The notes under the pieces are model-generated. The model made no database searches and was not told where the DNA came from. It saw only the letters and a list, made by a program, of their open reading frames with translations. The position numbers were made by a program, and so were the translations under genes. This document shows, piece by piece, positions 52,050-64,000 of a stretch of 64,000 nucleotides of DNA. The stretch comes from Octopus vulgaris (Eukaryota). The stretch lies in the NCBI GenBank assembly GCA_951406725.2, contig OX597831.1, positions 28,210,001-28,274,000 on the forward strand. The letters run 5' to 3'. Position 1 is the stretch's first letter; each line of letters opens with the position of its first letter.

Positions 52050-52203
52050 GTAACTGGAGTGCCACATCAAGTGCACGACAATCAATTGAATCCGACCAAA
52101 CCAACATGACTGTCACCACGGATCGTGTTGTCTCATCAACGGCATCATTCTGCTCACTGGGTCAAGATTCTGGCCGTGACTCTGCCACAGAGACCGAATA
52201 TAG
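52050..52203 (+). CDS. gukh: NHS-like/GUK-holder family gene, coding exon
   Basis: tttgcag acceptor (52049) in phase 1 completes QSSSG-NWSATSSARQSIESD, the SSSGNWS motif of NHS/NHSL1/gukh proteins. TAG|gtcagt donor in phase 2. No next exon recognised in the window. Confidence 0.9.
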
Positions 52204-53286
52204 GTCAGTAATTAATTGGAAGTCCAGTTTCTTTCCTTTCGTCATACCAAACCAAACACCTTTGGTACCACTGCAGTTCTCTAACCCTCCACTGCTTTTC
52301 CAGACATTTAAACCTCTGGCCAGTGTATCTTGACCTTCCTCCCACTTAACTCTTTCACTCTCTAACCTCTTCCTGCTACTCGCGTTACTTCTCTCACTTT
52401 CACTATGAGTTTTTACATCTGATACAATATATACTAACACAATACATGTCTGCTGTGTCATCTGTTCCCAAATTGGTTAAACCTGTGGTCCCTAAACTGA
52501 CAGATACCAAGTCACTTGAGAACACCTATGATTCTATGATACTAACTCCCTGTTTTAAAGAGGCCTAACTTAAAACCTTGCATCAAAATTCCATGTTTAA
52601 TTTATATTCTAAACGCCAACTTAATAATGACAGTTATTGTATTAGAATTCTTCATTATCTTTAAGATAAATTGAAACAAAGACTCTGTGAATCCACAGAG
52701 ATATGGTAACAAAATGGTTAAAATAATCAAAATTAATATCTTCCATCAACATTTAATGTTAATATCTGTTCCATTACACCAGGTTAATAATGACAAATTC
52801 TTCATTGTTTTCAAATTCTAATAAAAGCAGTGTATTTTTCAGCAGAAATATGGTAACAAATGATTAATAATAACTTAGGTTTTTTGAGTAAATTCTTTGC
52901 TATTTTCAAAATTAATTGAAACAAAACCAATACTTAAGGACAACGTTAATTAAATTTTTCAATATTTTCTCAAAATTAATTGAAATAAAGATAGTGTATT
53001 TTTAACAGAAATGTGGTAACCAAAAGGGTTAATAATGGCAAATACCAAAATTCTTCCTTTCCCAAAATAGTGACAGTTAAGGGGTACCTCCCCATCTTTA
53101 TCAATGAAGAAGCAAAATAGAATTTGTATTCATAGAATTCTTCCCTTTTCATTATTATGTTTGAAAAGTTCAAATCAGTTTAAAACCATTTAAATTTTAT
53201 TAAAGGCAGCAATATGTCTGTCACTTTGCCTCTTTTGGTTGTCTCTATTAGAAATAATGAATTAGCATAACAGTATAAAATTTTAT

Positions 53287-53600
53287 TATTTATTTATGTG
53301 CCCTTTTCAAGCCTAGCTAGGCTCATGGGCCCGGTTTCCCAGTTTCTATGGTGTATGTGTTCCCCCCAGCTGGACGGGACGCCAGTCCATTGCAGCGTTA
53401 CTCAAGAAACAGGAAAAAAGAGTGAGAAAAAGTTGGGGCGAAAGAGTACAACAGGGGTTGCCACCACCCACTGCTGGAGCCTCGTGGAGTTTTAGGTGTT
53501 TTCTCTCAATAAACACACACAACGCCTGGTCTGGGAATCGAAACTGCGATCCTCCGACTGCAAGTCCGCTGTCCTAACCACTGAGCCATTGCGCCTTCAC
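53287..53600 (-). mobile_element. tRNA-derived SINE family E
   Basis: Minus-strand head ggcgcaatggctcagtggttagg...ggtcgcagtttcgattccc-like, (TAAA)n tail. Second copy at 24443-24768. Confidence 0.8.
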
Positions 53601-54914
53601 TAGCAGTATAATAAGTATAAAAAAATAAATAAATAAAAACTGATCTAAAAGAAATAATTTAAATAAAGCTTGAGATAAATGATATCTAGACAGATGTACA
53701 GAAATTATAGGAGTCCAATGTCTACTTTGATAATCTCGCAGCGATTCCAGGGTAATTTGGGGGCTTTCTGTAAGGTATTTCACCTAGGAGAAGGCTGCTT
53801 GAGTGTAAAACAAACAGCTTGCTGGTCACCGCAACATCTTAGTCTGCTGAGCACCTGTGCTCTACTCAGTAGAAGCAGGAAGAAAAGTCCTGCAGCAATG
53901 GAGAAGAGATGAAAATGACAGGTTCTGGATGGTATTATCCATTGCAGCTTCAGCTTTGCATGTAGGCTTTGCTGCTCTTTCTGTTGATCTTCTGCCATGA
54001 AGATCTACCAACAACGCAAAGCATTTTTGTATGGATGTACTGAATGACAAAAATAAAATTTAAAAAATCTTTGAGGAATTAAAAATTCTATTTATTGTAG
54101 AAAGAAAATATTAATGTAGCACTACTGGTTTGAGACTCATGGAGGGAATGGGAGATAGTTTCAGTGAAATTGAGAACTAATTAAAAATATTTATGCTTAA
54201 AGGAAAATCTGATATTTTGTTAGTGGAGTTGGTAACAAAAATAGACATGTTTATGCTGTAATGAACCTCATCAATAAAGTAAAAACAACACGGATCTGAT
54301 TGATCAATAGACATGGAGTTTTATTTACAGAAAAAGTGTCACAAATAATTTGTAAAATGATCCACAATTTCCACGATAAAAACCTCCCTGCTGTAATTGA
54401 GCTAAGGGTTGGTATGTAAGTCAATGTCATGGATAGCCTTAAATTATTTCTACTTTAGGTATAAAGCATGAAATTTTAGGGTAGGGGCTAGTTGATTACG
54501 TCGACACCTCCTGCTCCCCCAGTACTCAACTGGTACTTATTTTATTAACTCAAAATTAACTCCACCACCACTGGTTTCTGAAAGACTGACCAATGGCTAG
54601 TTGACTAGCATTCGTCGGTTCAGTAGGTTTGCAAAGTTTAAATATTACCTGGACATATTATCCAAGAGGGTGAGATGATTAGCTTTGTGCTTTGTCTTTT
54701 CAATATGACAGGTATTAGATATTACATGCAAATGCCAACCACAATGGCTGGCAGAATTAACCTTTTAGCATTCAGAACTCCATCAAATGCAGTGCTTATT
54801 TATTCATATTGTTTCGAATTAATCATACATTATCTTGTATCAAGATTTTGATGATGTGATTGTTTATATTTAGAATGTATTCTTGAGTAGGTGTAAGAGC
54901 CTTTTTATGTAGAT

Positions 54915-55175
54915 TTAATAGTTAGTAGTACAACTTGTACAATGAAATACTAACCACATATGTATATATAATAATTAGTAATACAACTAGTACAGTAAAA
55001 TACTGATTATATACGTAAATATAATGTTTAGAAGTATAATTAGTACAATGAAATACTAAACAACATAGATATAATAGTTTGTAGTACAACTAGTACTGTG
55101 TAATACTGACCATGTATGTAGATACAATTGTTTGTAGTTCAACTAATACAGTATAATACTGACCATTTAGATACA
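54915..55175. repeat. Degenerate tandem repeat, about 50-bp unit
   Basis: About 5 copies of tagtacaactagtacagt-a-aatactgac...agatataat. Confidence 0.75.
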
Positions 55176-56019
55176 TAAAATTGTTCTGTTTCTTTCCATT
55201 TATTAACGCTTTGGTTTAACAAATTACTAAAATGCTTCCTCAGTCAATCAATGGAATGGTAAATGAAGATCTTTTATCAATGATCATTGTATATGTTTGC
55301 TAAATTCCTAAACTAAAATTATTTTTTCAAAATAAAAAAATACTAATTACTTGTCAGAAAAAAAAGTGTGGGGTTTGTCCCTTCTGTTTTCATGGATTAA
55401 GTTCCTTTTTTTATTTTCACCTGTCATTCCCATGGTAACGAGCCTCACTTTTTGGTAAGCATAAGAATCTTTTACATTATTACCATCTCTTATCGACTTA
55501 TTTTTGGAAAAAAAACCCTAAGAAAAAAGGCGATAATTGACACTTTTTCTATTTGTCTGTCTGTGTGTCTCCTCCTTCTTGTTCTTTTCTCTTTGTTGTA
55601 AATATTCCAACACCCAATGGAATTTATGTTGGTTTTCTGTTTCTTCTTTTGTGAGGTTTTGTGTTATCTTGTTCCTTTTTGTTGTTCTTGTTGTCCGAGT
55701 CTGTTTTCTTTGATTGTATAATTATTTACCTTTACCTTTTACCTTTTACTTGTTTCAGTCATTAGACTGCGGTCATGCTGGGGCATTGTTGTTTTTTTTT
55801 TGTTATTTCAAATTATTATCAATTAATTGAAAGGGATTGGTGAAGTTGGGTAGAAATGGTAGAGTGCTGAACTAAGCTCCACCGTCATTACCATTGCTGT
55901 GTTCTCTGCATGAACATCACAACCCATTAACAAGTGATTTGTGCCAGGTAATTTGGGTTACCTGAACCTTCATCAAACAAATAATAATAACAAAAAAAGA
56001 AACGATAATGATTATGATG

Positions 56020-56890
56020 ATGACCATCTGTGCTGTAGAGAGAGAAAAAAGAATGCTTTCATTGGCTAAAAGTGTCCAAAATGTTACTGAAACAATAAGA
56101 GAATTTAGGAGCAGAAGGAAGAACTACAGAAGAAATAGCTGGAAAGAAAAGGTATTAGTTGGCCAATTCTTGCAGGAGACTGAAACTGTTGGATGTAAAG
56201 AATGGTAGTTATGGCTAACAGATGGAAACATGAAACAATAAACCAAATCAGTAATAGCATCTGCTCAGAAATTAACCATTAGAACAAATTTGATAAAAAC
56301 AATGATTGATAAAAGTCAGTCAGAGAACAAACGCAGAGTCTGTGGGAAAGGAGATAAAAGTATTATACATTTCTTGAATGAGTTCAGTAAGCTGGTAGAA
56401 AAAGAGTATAAGTACAGGCATAAATGTGTAGGTAAAAGAGTGTATTTGGATGTTAGCTGAGTGTATGGATTCAAAGCAGTAAGAAAGAATGGTATGAATG
56501 TGAGCAACAGGTTGTGATAGAGAATAAGAAATTTTGGATTTTATGGGATTAAAAAGACAAGATATTATTGTAGAGCACAGCGTAAGACCACAGACTTTGC
56601 AATATTAGAGAAGATACCAAAGTAATTGAAAGAAAAAGAGAAATATTGGGACTTAGCCAGAATGATGAAGAAATTGTGGAAGACTTAAGATGACAATTAT
56701 TTCTGTGGTAATTGGTACACCTGGCACAACACCTAAACTGCTACCTGAGTTGCTGAAGGATACTGGAATTAAGACTCATATTACTGACCAGCAGAAAGGT
56801 GTAATCTTGTATTCTTTTCAAGAGTTTTTGAAATTTGATAAGACATGTTATTACCAAACCTCAAGACAACATTCTTGCTAATATAACATA
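56020..56890 (+). mobile_element. Highly degenerate R4/Dong-like LINE fragment
   Basis: Remnants WKEKVLVGQF, IASAQKLTIRTN, RVCGKGD and ISVVIGTPG with stops and frameshifts, flanked by (AAT/AAC)n. Confidence 0.65.
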
Positions 56891-58231
56891 CAACAACAAT
56901 AACAACAACAATAATAATAACAGTAATAATTGTGCAGGCATGTCTGTGTAGTTAAAAAGTGCACTTTGTACTTACATGGTTACAGGTTCAGTCCCAGTGT
57001 TTAGCACCTTAGAAAAGTGTCTTTTTCTATAGCCTTGAGCTGATCGATGCCTTGTGAGTAAATTTGGTAAATGGAAACTGGAAAGAGGCCTGTTGCATGT
57101 GTGTCAGTGTGTGTGTGTGTGTGTGTAGGTGTACGTGTGTGTGTGTGCATGCATGTGAGCATGTATGTATGAGTATTTGTATCTTTGTTTTGATATTGGG
57201 GGTAATTGTAAATACGTGTCAACATCATACAAGTGGTGTTGTTTGTTTACAATTTTCCTGGGGAAAATGTCTGGACTATGGAAAATATGACAATGCTTGA
57301 AAAACAGCTGAGGGTCTGTGACAGGATTAACATCCAGCTGTAGAAAGCCTACATCAGCAAATTTTTATTTGACCCTTGCAAGCATGGGAAAGTGGCTTTG
57401 AAAATTATGACAATGGTGGTAGTGGTGATAGTGGTGGTGATGATGATGATATTGCTGCTTCTGATGATAATGACGATAATTCTTTTATTTGCCTCAAGGG
57501 CAATGATTGGCGTTACATTGCCCTCAAGGGCAATGGTTGAAGAGACAGCTGTGTATGCTTATAGAGTTTACATTGAACTCAGAGGAGTTAAAACTAAAGT
57601 GACAATGTACATAGATTACAAAATATGGCAATGTCTTGGAAATAAGGCCCATCCCTTGAATACCAGTTAAAAAAAAACCCACACATCCCTAATAACAATG
57701 AGACCCTTGAACATTCCCCAATTTATAAATATCCTTTCTATTTTCTTGCATAAGCTTATAGGACATCCATAACATTGTGTGACTGTGTAAAAAAGTTTGA
57801 TTATGTCAGTGTTCTCCTTCCATAGTTATGCTTGTTGACGGTATTAGACTGAAGCTTGTTTCATTATGTGAAAGATATCAATGTCCTTCCATAGTTAAAA
57901 AATTGTTCAGTGTTTAGTGTAACACCTGAGCTTGTTACATTATATCAAAGATTTTGATTTTGTTGTCAATGTCCTCCCATAGTTTTAAGCTTATCTTAAG
58001 TATGACACTTGAACATATATTATGACAAGATTAATGATATTACAGATGATAAATAATGACTTATTACATTGGCATAGGTGTGGCTGTGTAGTTAGAGGTT
58101 TGTTTCTCAACCACATGGTCCCAAGTTCAATCTCACTGCATGGCACCTTAGGCAAATGTCTTCTACTATAGCCTCGGGCTGACCAAGACCTTGTGAGTGG
58201 ATTTGGTAGGCAGAAACTGAAAGAAGCTTTT

Positions 58232-58270
<39 letters not shown>

Positions 58271-58284
58271 TGTGTGTATATGAA

Positions 58285-58725
58285 CTTCTTTCTTGTTTTC
58301 CTCCCTCACTTTCTTCTCTCTCCCCTCTCTCTCTTGCACTCTCTCTCTCTTGCTCTCTCTCTCTCTCTTGCTCTCTCTCTCTCGCTCTCTCTCCCTCTGC
58401 CCTTTCATCCTCAACTTTCCCTCCACACTCTCCAACTACTCCCTATCCCCTTACCCTTACATTCCTCACATCCCCATCTCCACCCTCATACCTTCCCTCT
58501 TTCTATTGCCCCTTCCCCCACACTCTGTCTTCTCTCTCCCCTCTTACCTCCACCCTCATCTACCTCCCATCTTTCCTCTTCTCCCCCTTTCTCCCTACTA
58601 CTCTCCCTATCTTCACCTAACCTCCCCTTCTCCACCCTTCCCTATTGCCACCCCCACCCTCTCCCACCCTCACTTTCCTCACCTTTCTTTCTTTCTCCCC
58701 TTCTCTCATAACCCTCTCCTCCCAA
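58285..58725. repeat. Polypyrimidine (CT-rich) tract
   Basis: Almost purely C/T on the + strand. Similar tract at 62745-63145. Confidence 0.85.
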
Positions 58726-60122
58726 TCATGTTGGAACAGAATGAATGACCCCTTACTGGGCCCTTACTTGCAAAAAGAGGGGCCAAAGTCAGATTTTTCA
58801 AACAGACTGCAGTAGTCAATAAAACAGAAATAAAATAGTAAAATTTATTCTTTTTATGAGGTCAAGTACCAAACGATCCATGTCCTACTACTGGTCTGTG
58901 ACCTGGTGGCTAGAGACCCCAGGCCCATGGCATTAATTCTCATCACAACAGACATAAAGTAATGCTTACCATTGTCTCTCTTCCTGCCAGCAACACAGTA
59001 GACAAATAGCAAACTTGAAGTTAAATAGAACACCCCCAATGCCTATTGCAACCCTCACCCTCACAGTGGCTGTGTGGTAAGTAGCTTGCTTACCAAACCA
59101 CATGGTTCCAAGTTCAGTCCCACTGCATGGCACTTTGGACAAGTGTCCCTTACTATAGCCTCGGGCCGACCAAAAACAAAACAATACAGAAATGTAGGTG
59201 CAAAAATGGCTCTGTGGTGAGACGTTTGTTCCCCAGCCACATGGTTTCAGGGTCAGCCCCACTATGTCGCACCTGGTGCAACTGGCTTCTACTATTGTCC
59301 CAGGCTGACATAAGTCTTGTGAATTGGTTTGGCAAGTGGAAACTGAAAGAAGCCCATCATATGTATGTGTGTGTGTGTGTTTGTGCTTGTCCCCACCACT
59401 GCTTGGCAGCTGGTGTTACATGCTCGTAACTTAGGAGTTTGGCAAAAAAGACCTATAAAATAAGTATGAGGCATGCAGTTAGACACTGGGGTCGATTCGT
59501 TGGACTGATCCCTTCAAAGCAGTGCCCCAGCATGGCTGCAGTCTAATGAACCCCCACCCACACAACTTACCATAAACACACACACCTTGCCATACACACA
59601 CACATAGATATATACCTATTTCTTTACTACCCACAAGGGGCTAAACACAGAAGGGACAAACAAGGACAGACAAACGGATTAAGTCGATTATATCGACCCC
59701 AGTGCATAACTGGTACTTATTTAATCGACCCTGAAAGGATGAAAGGCAAAGTTGACCTCGGCGGAATTTGAACTCAGAACGTAGCGGCAGATGAAATATC
59801 GCTCAGCATTTCGCCCGGGTGCTAACGTTTCTGCCAGCTCGCCGCCTTAACACATAGATTTATACACACACAAGTAAGCACATAAATGCAAAACAAGGTG
59901 GCAAAAATACTACCCAAATACCAGAGGTAGAGCAATATGCTTTCTATTAACACCCCCCCCCAAAAAAAAAAATCTACACAAACTGTTACTCAGAGTTTCA
60001 TGTTACTGTTTGTCAGACAGTTGTGATCATATTGAGTATGTCTGGCAAACAGTAACTTGAAGCTGTGTAACAGTTTGCAAAAGTATTTTCAGCTTTAATA
60101 AAAAGTATATATATACATATAC

Positions 60123-60500
60123 AGTGGCTGTGTGGTAAGTTGCTTGCTTACCAAACCACATGGTTCTGGGTTCAGTCCCACTGCATGGCACTTTGGACAA
60201 GTGTCTCTTACTATAGCCTTGGGCCGACCAAAACCTTGTGAGTAGATTTGGTAGACGGAAACTGAAAGAAGCCCATCATATATATATGTATGTATATGTT
60301 TGTGTGTCTGTGTTTGACCTCCCACCATCACTTGACGACCGATGTTGGTGTGTTTACATACCCATAACTTAGTGGTTCGGCAAAAGGGATTGATAGAATA
60401 AGTACTAGGCTTACAAAGAATAAGTCCTGGGGTTGATTTGTTTGACTAAAGGCGGTGCTCCAGCATCGCCACAGTCAAATGACTGAAACAAATAAAAGAA
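60123..60500 (+). mobile_element. SINE family B, near full length
   Basis: gtggctgtgtggtaag head through gactgaaacaaataaaag tail. Confidence 0.85.
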
Positions 60501-61764
60501 AGAATGTATATATTATACATATATATATATGTATAAAGCATATATGTATATACCATCAGAAATAATTGTCAGTCACTTCAGTATCCAAAAGTTCTGTGCA
60601 GAGGCTGTGCACAACACTGCCAGGTTTCTGAGTCAGTCACCTTATAAGCTCCACAACTTGTGCTGGTATTTTACTCAACACCACCTGTGATTATTGTCAA
60701 TAACTCAATAAACTGCCTCATGAGCCCCAGACTTTGTGCTGTGGTTGTACTCAACATTGGACCTATGTGCAGAGGGGACAGCAGCTGTCCCAGTCAAACT
60801 GAGTGGCTGCCTCCATCCTCTGTGGCCATCACCAGGATCTACAAAACAAGAGTGGAGAGAGAAAGATAGAGAGAATAGAACATCTCCAGACTGCTTGTCA
60901 CACAACAACACATTCAATTAACCGCTGCATGTTACAATGTGCAGTTATATAGTCATCAACAAAGTGGAGGAGACACAGGATATCTGGTGCCATTGATCCA
61001 TGGAACTAACCTAGTTGTTCAGTTGATTGTGTACCTGCCTGCATGCTGATATGGTTTTCTCAGTTACTCCTGACCTGGGGCTAAACAACTACAACAGCAA
61101 CAACAACAACAACAACAACAAATACTACATCCTGTTTGTCTAAGACTCCGAAAGGTAACTTTGCATGTCGACTCATCATAAAATATTGGACTGTTTTCGT
61201 TTTGCGAGCTGCTTTTTATTTAAGTTTTTGTTTCCTAAATTCCCCAAAATTTCAATTTGTTTTTTAGGTAAAAATAAATTTTTATTTTATTTTATTTCAT
61301 TTTTATTTTTGTTAAAATTCTTTCTTAAACCTCTATATGTCAGTATGCACGTGTGCATTGCATTTCTACCTGTTTGTCTGCCTGCCTGTATTGCATGTTT
61401 GCATGGTTGTATATCTGCATGGCTGTATGCCTGCATGGGTGTATAATATGCAGTACTTCCTCTTTGTCATCATTCACGGCTTCTGCCTTCCTCACCAGAT
61501 ATTTCTGTTTCAAAACCAACTGTACCAATTCCATTTCTGCTGCTGCTGTTATTATTTTTCATTGTTTTGGTCTCATGAAAGAGTGTCTGCCCATAGCCTT
61601 CACAGTAGCCACACACACCAATCCTTCCCTTTCCATGGGTAACTTGTGTTTCAATCATTTTCTGACAGGCCTAATAAATAAAGTTAGGACTACAACACTA
61701 TACACAATTATATACACCGTGTTATACACCACTATATATGCTATGCCATAATACAGTATTATAC

Positions 61765-62211
61765 ATGAGGGTGTTGAAAAGATCCTGACTTTGGGTAAAA
61801 GAAAATACAAGGGGATCTGTTAAATTATTATTCGATTCAGCATAATCCCATCTCAGATTCACACACTTATTGCAGCAGTCCTTCAGGTTTTTGTAAGTCC
61901 TGTAAAAGAACTCAGAAGGTTGGGTCTCCAACCATGCCTTTCACCCTTAAAACCAGAGTCTCTTCAGCCCCCCCCCACCATATATATATATGAATGAGGG
62001 GATGCTGATAAGTTCCTGGCTTTGGGTAAAAAATAATACAGGTGGATCAGTTAATTATGACTCCATTCAACATATTCCCCTCTCAGATTCCCACACTTAT
62101 TGCAGTAGTCCTTCAGTTTCTGTAAGCCTTTTAAAAGAACTCAGAATGTTGGCCCTCCAACCTGTCCTTTTGTGATACCCTTAAAGGCAGGGACTTTTCA
62201 GCACTCCCTCA
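61765..62211. mobile_element. Two adjacent copies of a mariner-derived MITE (61765-61979, 61994-62211)
   Basis: Each about 215 bp with gaggg...ctga(a/t)aagttcctggcttt TIRs, separated by (TA)n. Internal remnant CCNKCVNLRWDYAE is mariner C-terminus-like. Confidence 0.75.
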
Positions 62212-63254
62212 TATATTATTATATCTGTTATCTTTTTCTAGTTTCTGTCATTGAGCTGCAGCCATGCTAGGGTTCTACCTTGAAAGGTTTTTGCAAAGAA
62301 ATTGACCCCAACACTTATATCTTTTAAAGTCTGGTACTTACTCTGTTGGGTCCCTTTTACCAAACTGCTGAGTTAAGGGGACTTAAACAAATCAAAATCG
62401 TTTATCAACAAGCGACTGAGGAGAGACATAAACACAAAGACTCCCCACTTCCCCTCTCACATATATATGCATGTATTTATGCAAGGGGCTTCTTTCAGTT
62501 TCTGCCTACCAGATCCACTCACAAGACTTTGGTCAAATCTGGGATTATAGTAGAAGACTCTTGCCCAGGTGCTGCACAGCAGGACTGAACCTGAAACCAC
62601 ATAGTTGAGAAGCAAACTTCATACACACAGATATGTCTGTGTCTACATATATTGTATGCCATTACATATAACACATCATCATATGTAACACTATACACCA
62701 TTGTATATAAGACATTGTGTACTTTAATATACACACATGTTTCTGTCCCTCTTTCTTACCTGAACCTCCCTTTACCTAATACCTCTCTCTCTCTCACACT
62801 TTCTTACTCTTTCTCCCTCTTCCACTCCCACCTATCTCTCTCTTTCTCTTTTTCCAACATGAGTAGCCATGTATCCTCTCTATTGCAAGATACCTGTTTC
62901 TGTCTCTCTGTCACACTGTAACTTCTCTTCACCTGGCATCTCTCTTTCTTTCTCTCTCTCTCTCTATCACACACACACACACACACACACTCATGTTTTT
63001 CTCCCCTCTCACTCTTTCTCTTCTCTATCTCTTACTCCTCCTCTCTCTCACCCCACCACACTTTACCCTTTCACTTTCCTCTCTCATTCTCTCCTCTCTC
63101 TCTCACACTTTGTCCTCTCTTTTACCCCCCTCCCTCTTTCCATCTAGAGTGGCCAGGTATCTCCTCTTCAGCTATGTCATACTCTTACCTTTCACCACCT
63201 GGCACAAAGTGATCTCCCTCAATACCACTTCCACTTAAGTGGTCTTTGTCTTGT

Positions 63255-63470
63255 AATCACTTGGTGACCTCACTGGTGCTGGTGCCACATAAAAAACTTG
63301 GCAGTACATTTTGCAAATTGGTTGGCATTAGGAATGGCATCCAGCCATAGAAATCATGCCAAAACATACCGTAGATCTTGGCACTGTCCTTTGACTCACC
63401 GATTCCTGTCAAACCATCCAACCCAGGCCAGAATGGAAAGTGGATGGTAAAAGATGATAATGATGATGAT
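63255..63470 (+). mobile_element. Degenerate RTE 3' UTR fragment
   Basis: ggtgccacataaaaa...ttggcattaggaatggcatccagcc...(gat)n. Confidence 0.6.
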
Positions 63471-64000
63471 GACAACAAGCTAAAAAGTATAGTTGACTCT
63501 AGCAAGATTTGAATTCACAGCATGCTTTATTTGGTGCTATATCATTGCAACTCTCACCACCCCTCTTTTGCTGTTAATTGTTATTGGAGTTCATGTAACT
63601 ATGGCAACTACTGTTGAAACTCTGTCATATGTTGACCCCCTTCTATTAGCTGCAGAACATTTTGTGCCTCCACGACTCTAAGTCTGATCAATAAAATCAA
63701 TTTGTAGTAGTTCAAGAGACCCCTGGGTGTTCTGGGTATTTATATCGTACACACCAATATGTCCACACTACCTTACCACCCCTCCTGTTAGCAGAGTGAG
63801 TGGTATAGTCCTCAGTAGGGCACAGACATGGAGCTATAGTGAACAGTGAATCATAGTCTGTCCTTTAGTTGATTTCTTGTGTTCCATAGGACTACTGGAT
63901 CAATGCTAGCCTTGGGCTATACAACAACAACAATAACAACAACTAACACATCAGTATCATTGGAGGATTATGATCTTTTCTACTCTAGGCACAAGGCCTG

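Noticed and set aside
53520-53600. tRNA gene
   Set aside because: The tRNA-like head is continuous with a SINE body present in two copies, so it is a SINE head. The same applies to the other A/B-box matches.

Overview
AT-rich, repeat-dense animal genomic DNA. The SINE families, microsatellites and LINE relics suggest an octopus or related coleoid (inference). The only supportable protein-coding gene is a + strand NHS-like/GUK-holder (WAVE-homology-domain actin regulator) gene. Three phase-compatible exons are visible (31749-32014, 44750-45788, 52050-52203), and the gene probably extends past both window ends. A candidate short alternative first coding exon lies at 30939-31005. The rest is intron: four or more tRNA-derived SINE families, RTE, R4/Dong and Tx1/L1-like LINE fragments, mariner, hAT and piggyBac-like relics and MITEs, a non-autonomous Helitron, a degenerate 5S rRNA copy, and micro/minisatellites. 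Almost all ORFs in the supplied track are microsatellite artefacts. The most unusual signals are four loci with minimal hammerhead-ribozyme-like motifs (three inside inverted repeats, two with a U3-A8 covariant core), a 5S/R4-Dong junction, a Helitron insertion verifiable from the opposite arm of its host palindrome, and inverted repeat pairs that could form dsRNA around candidate small exons. No clearly novel multi-gene system is evident. Repeat boundaries and identities were judged by eye and are approximate.
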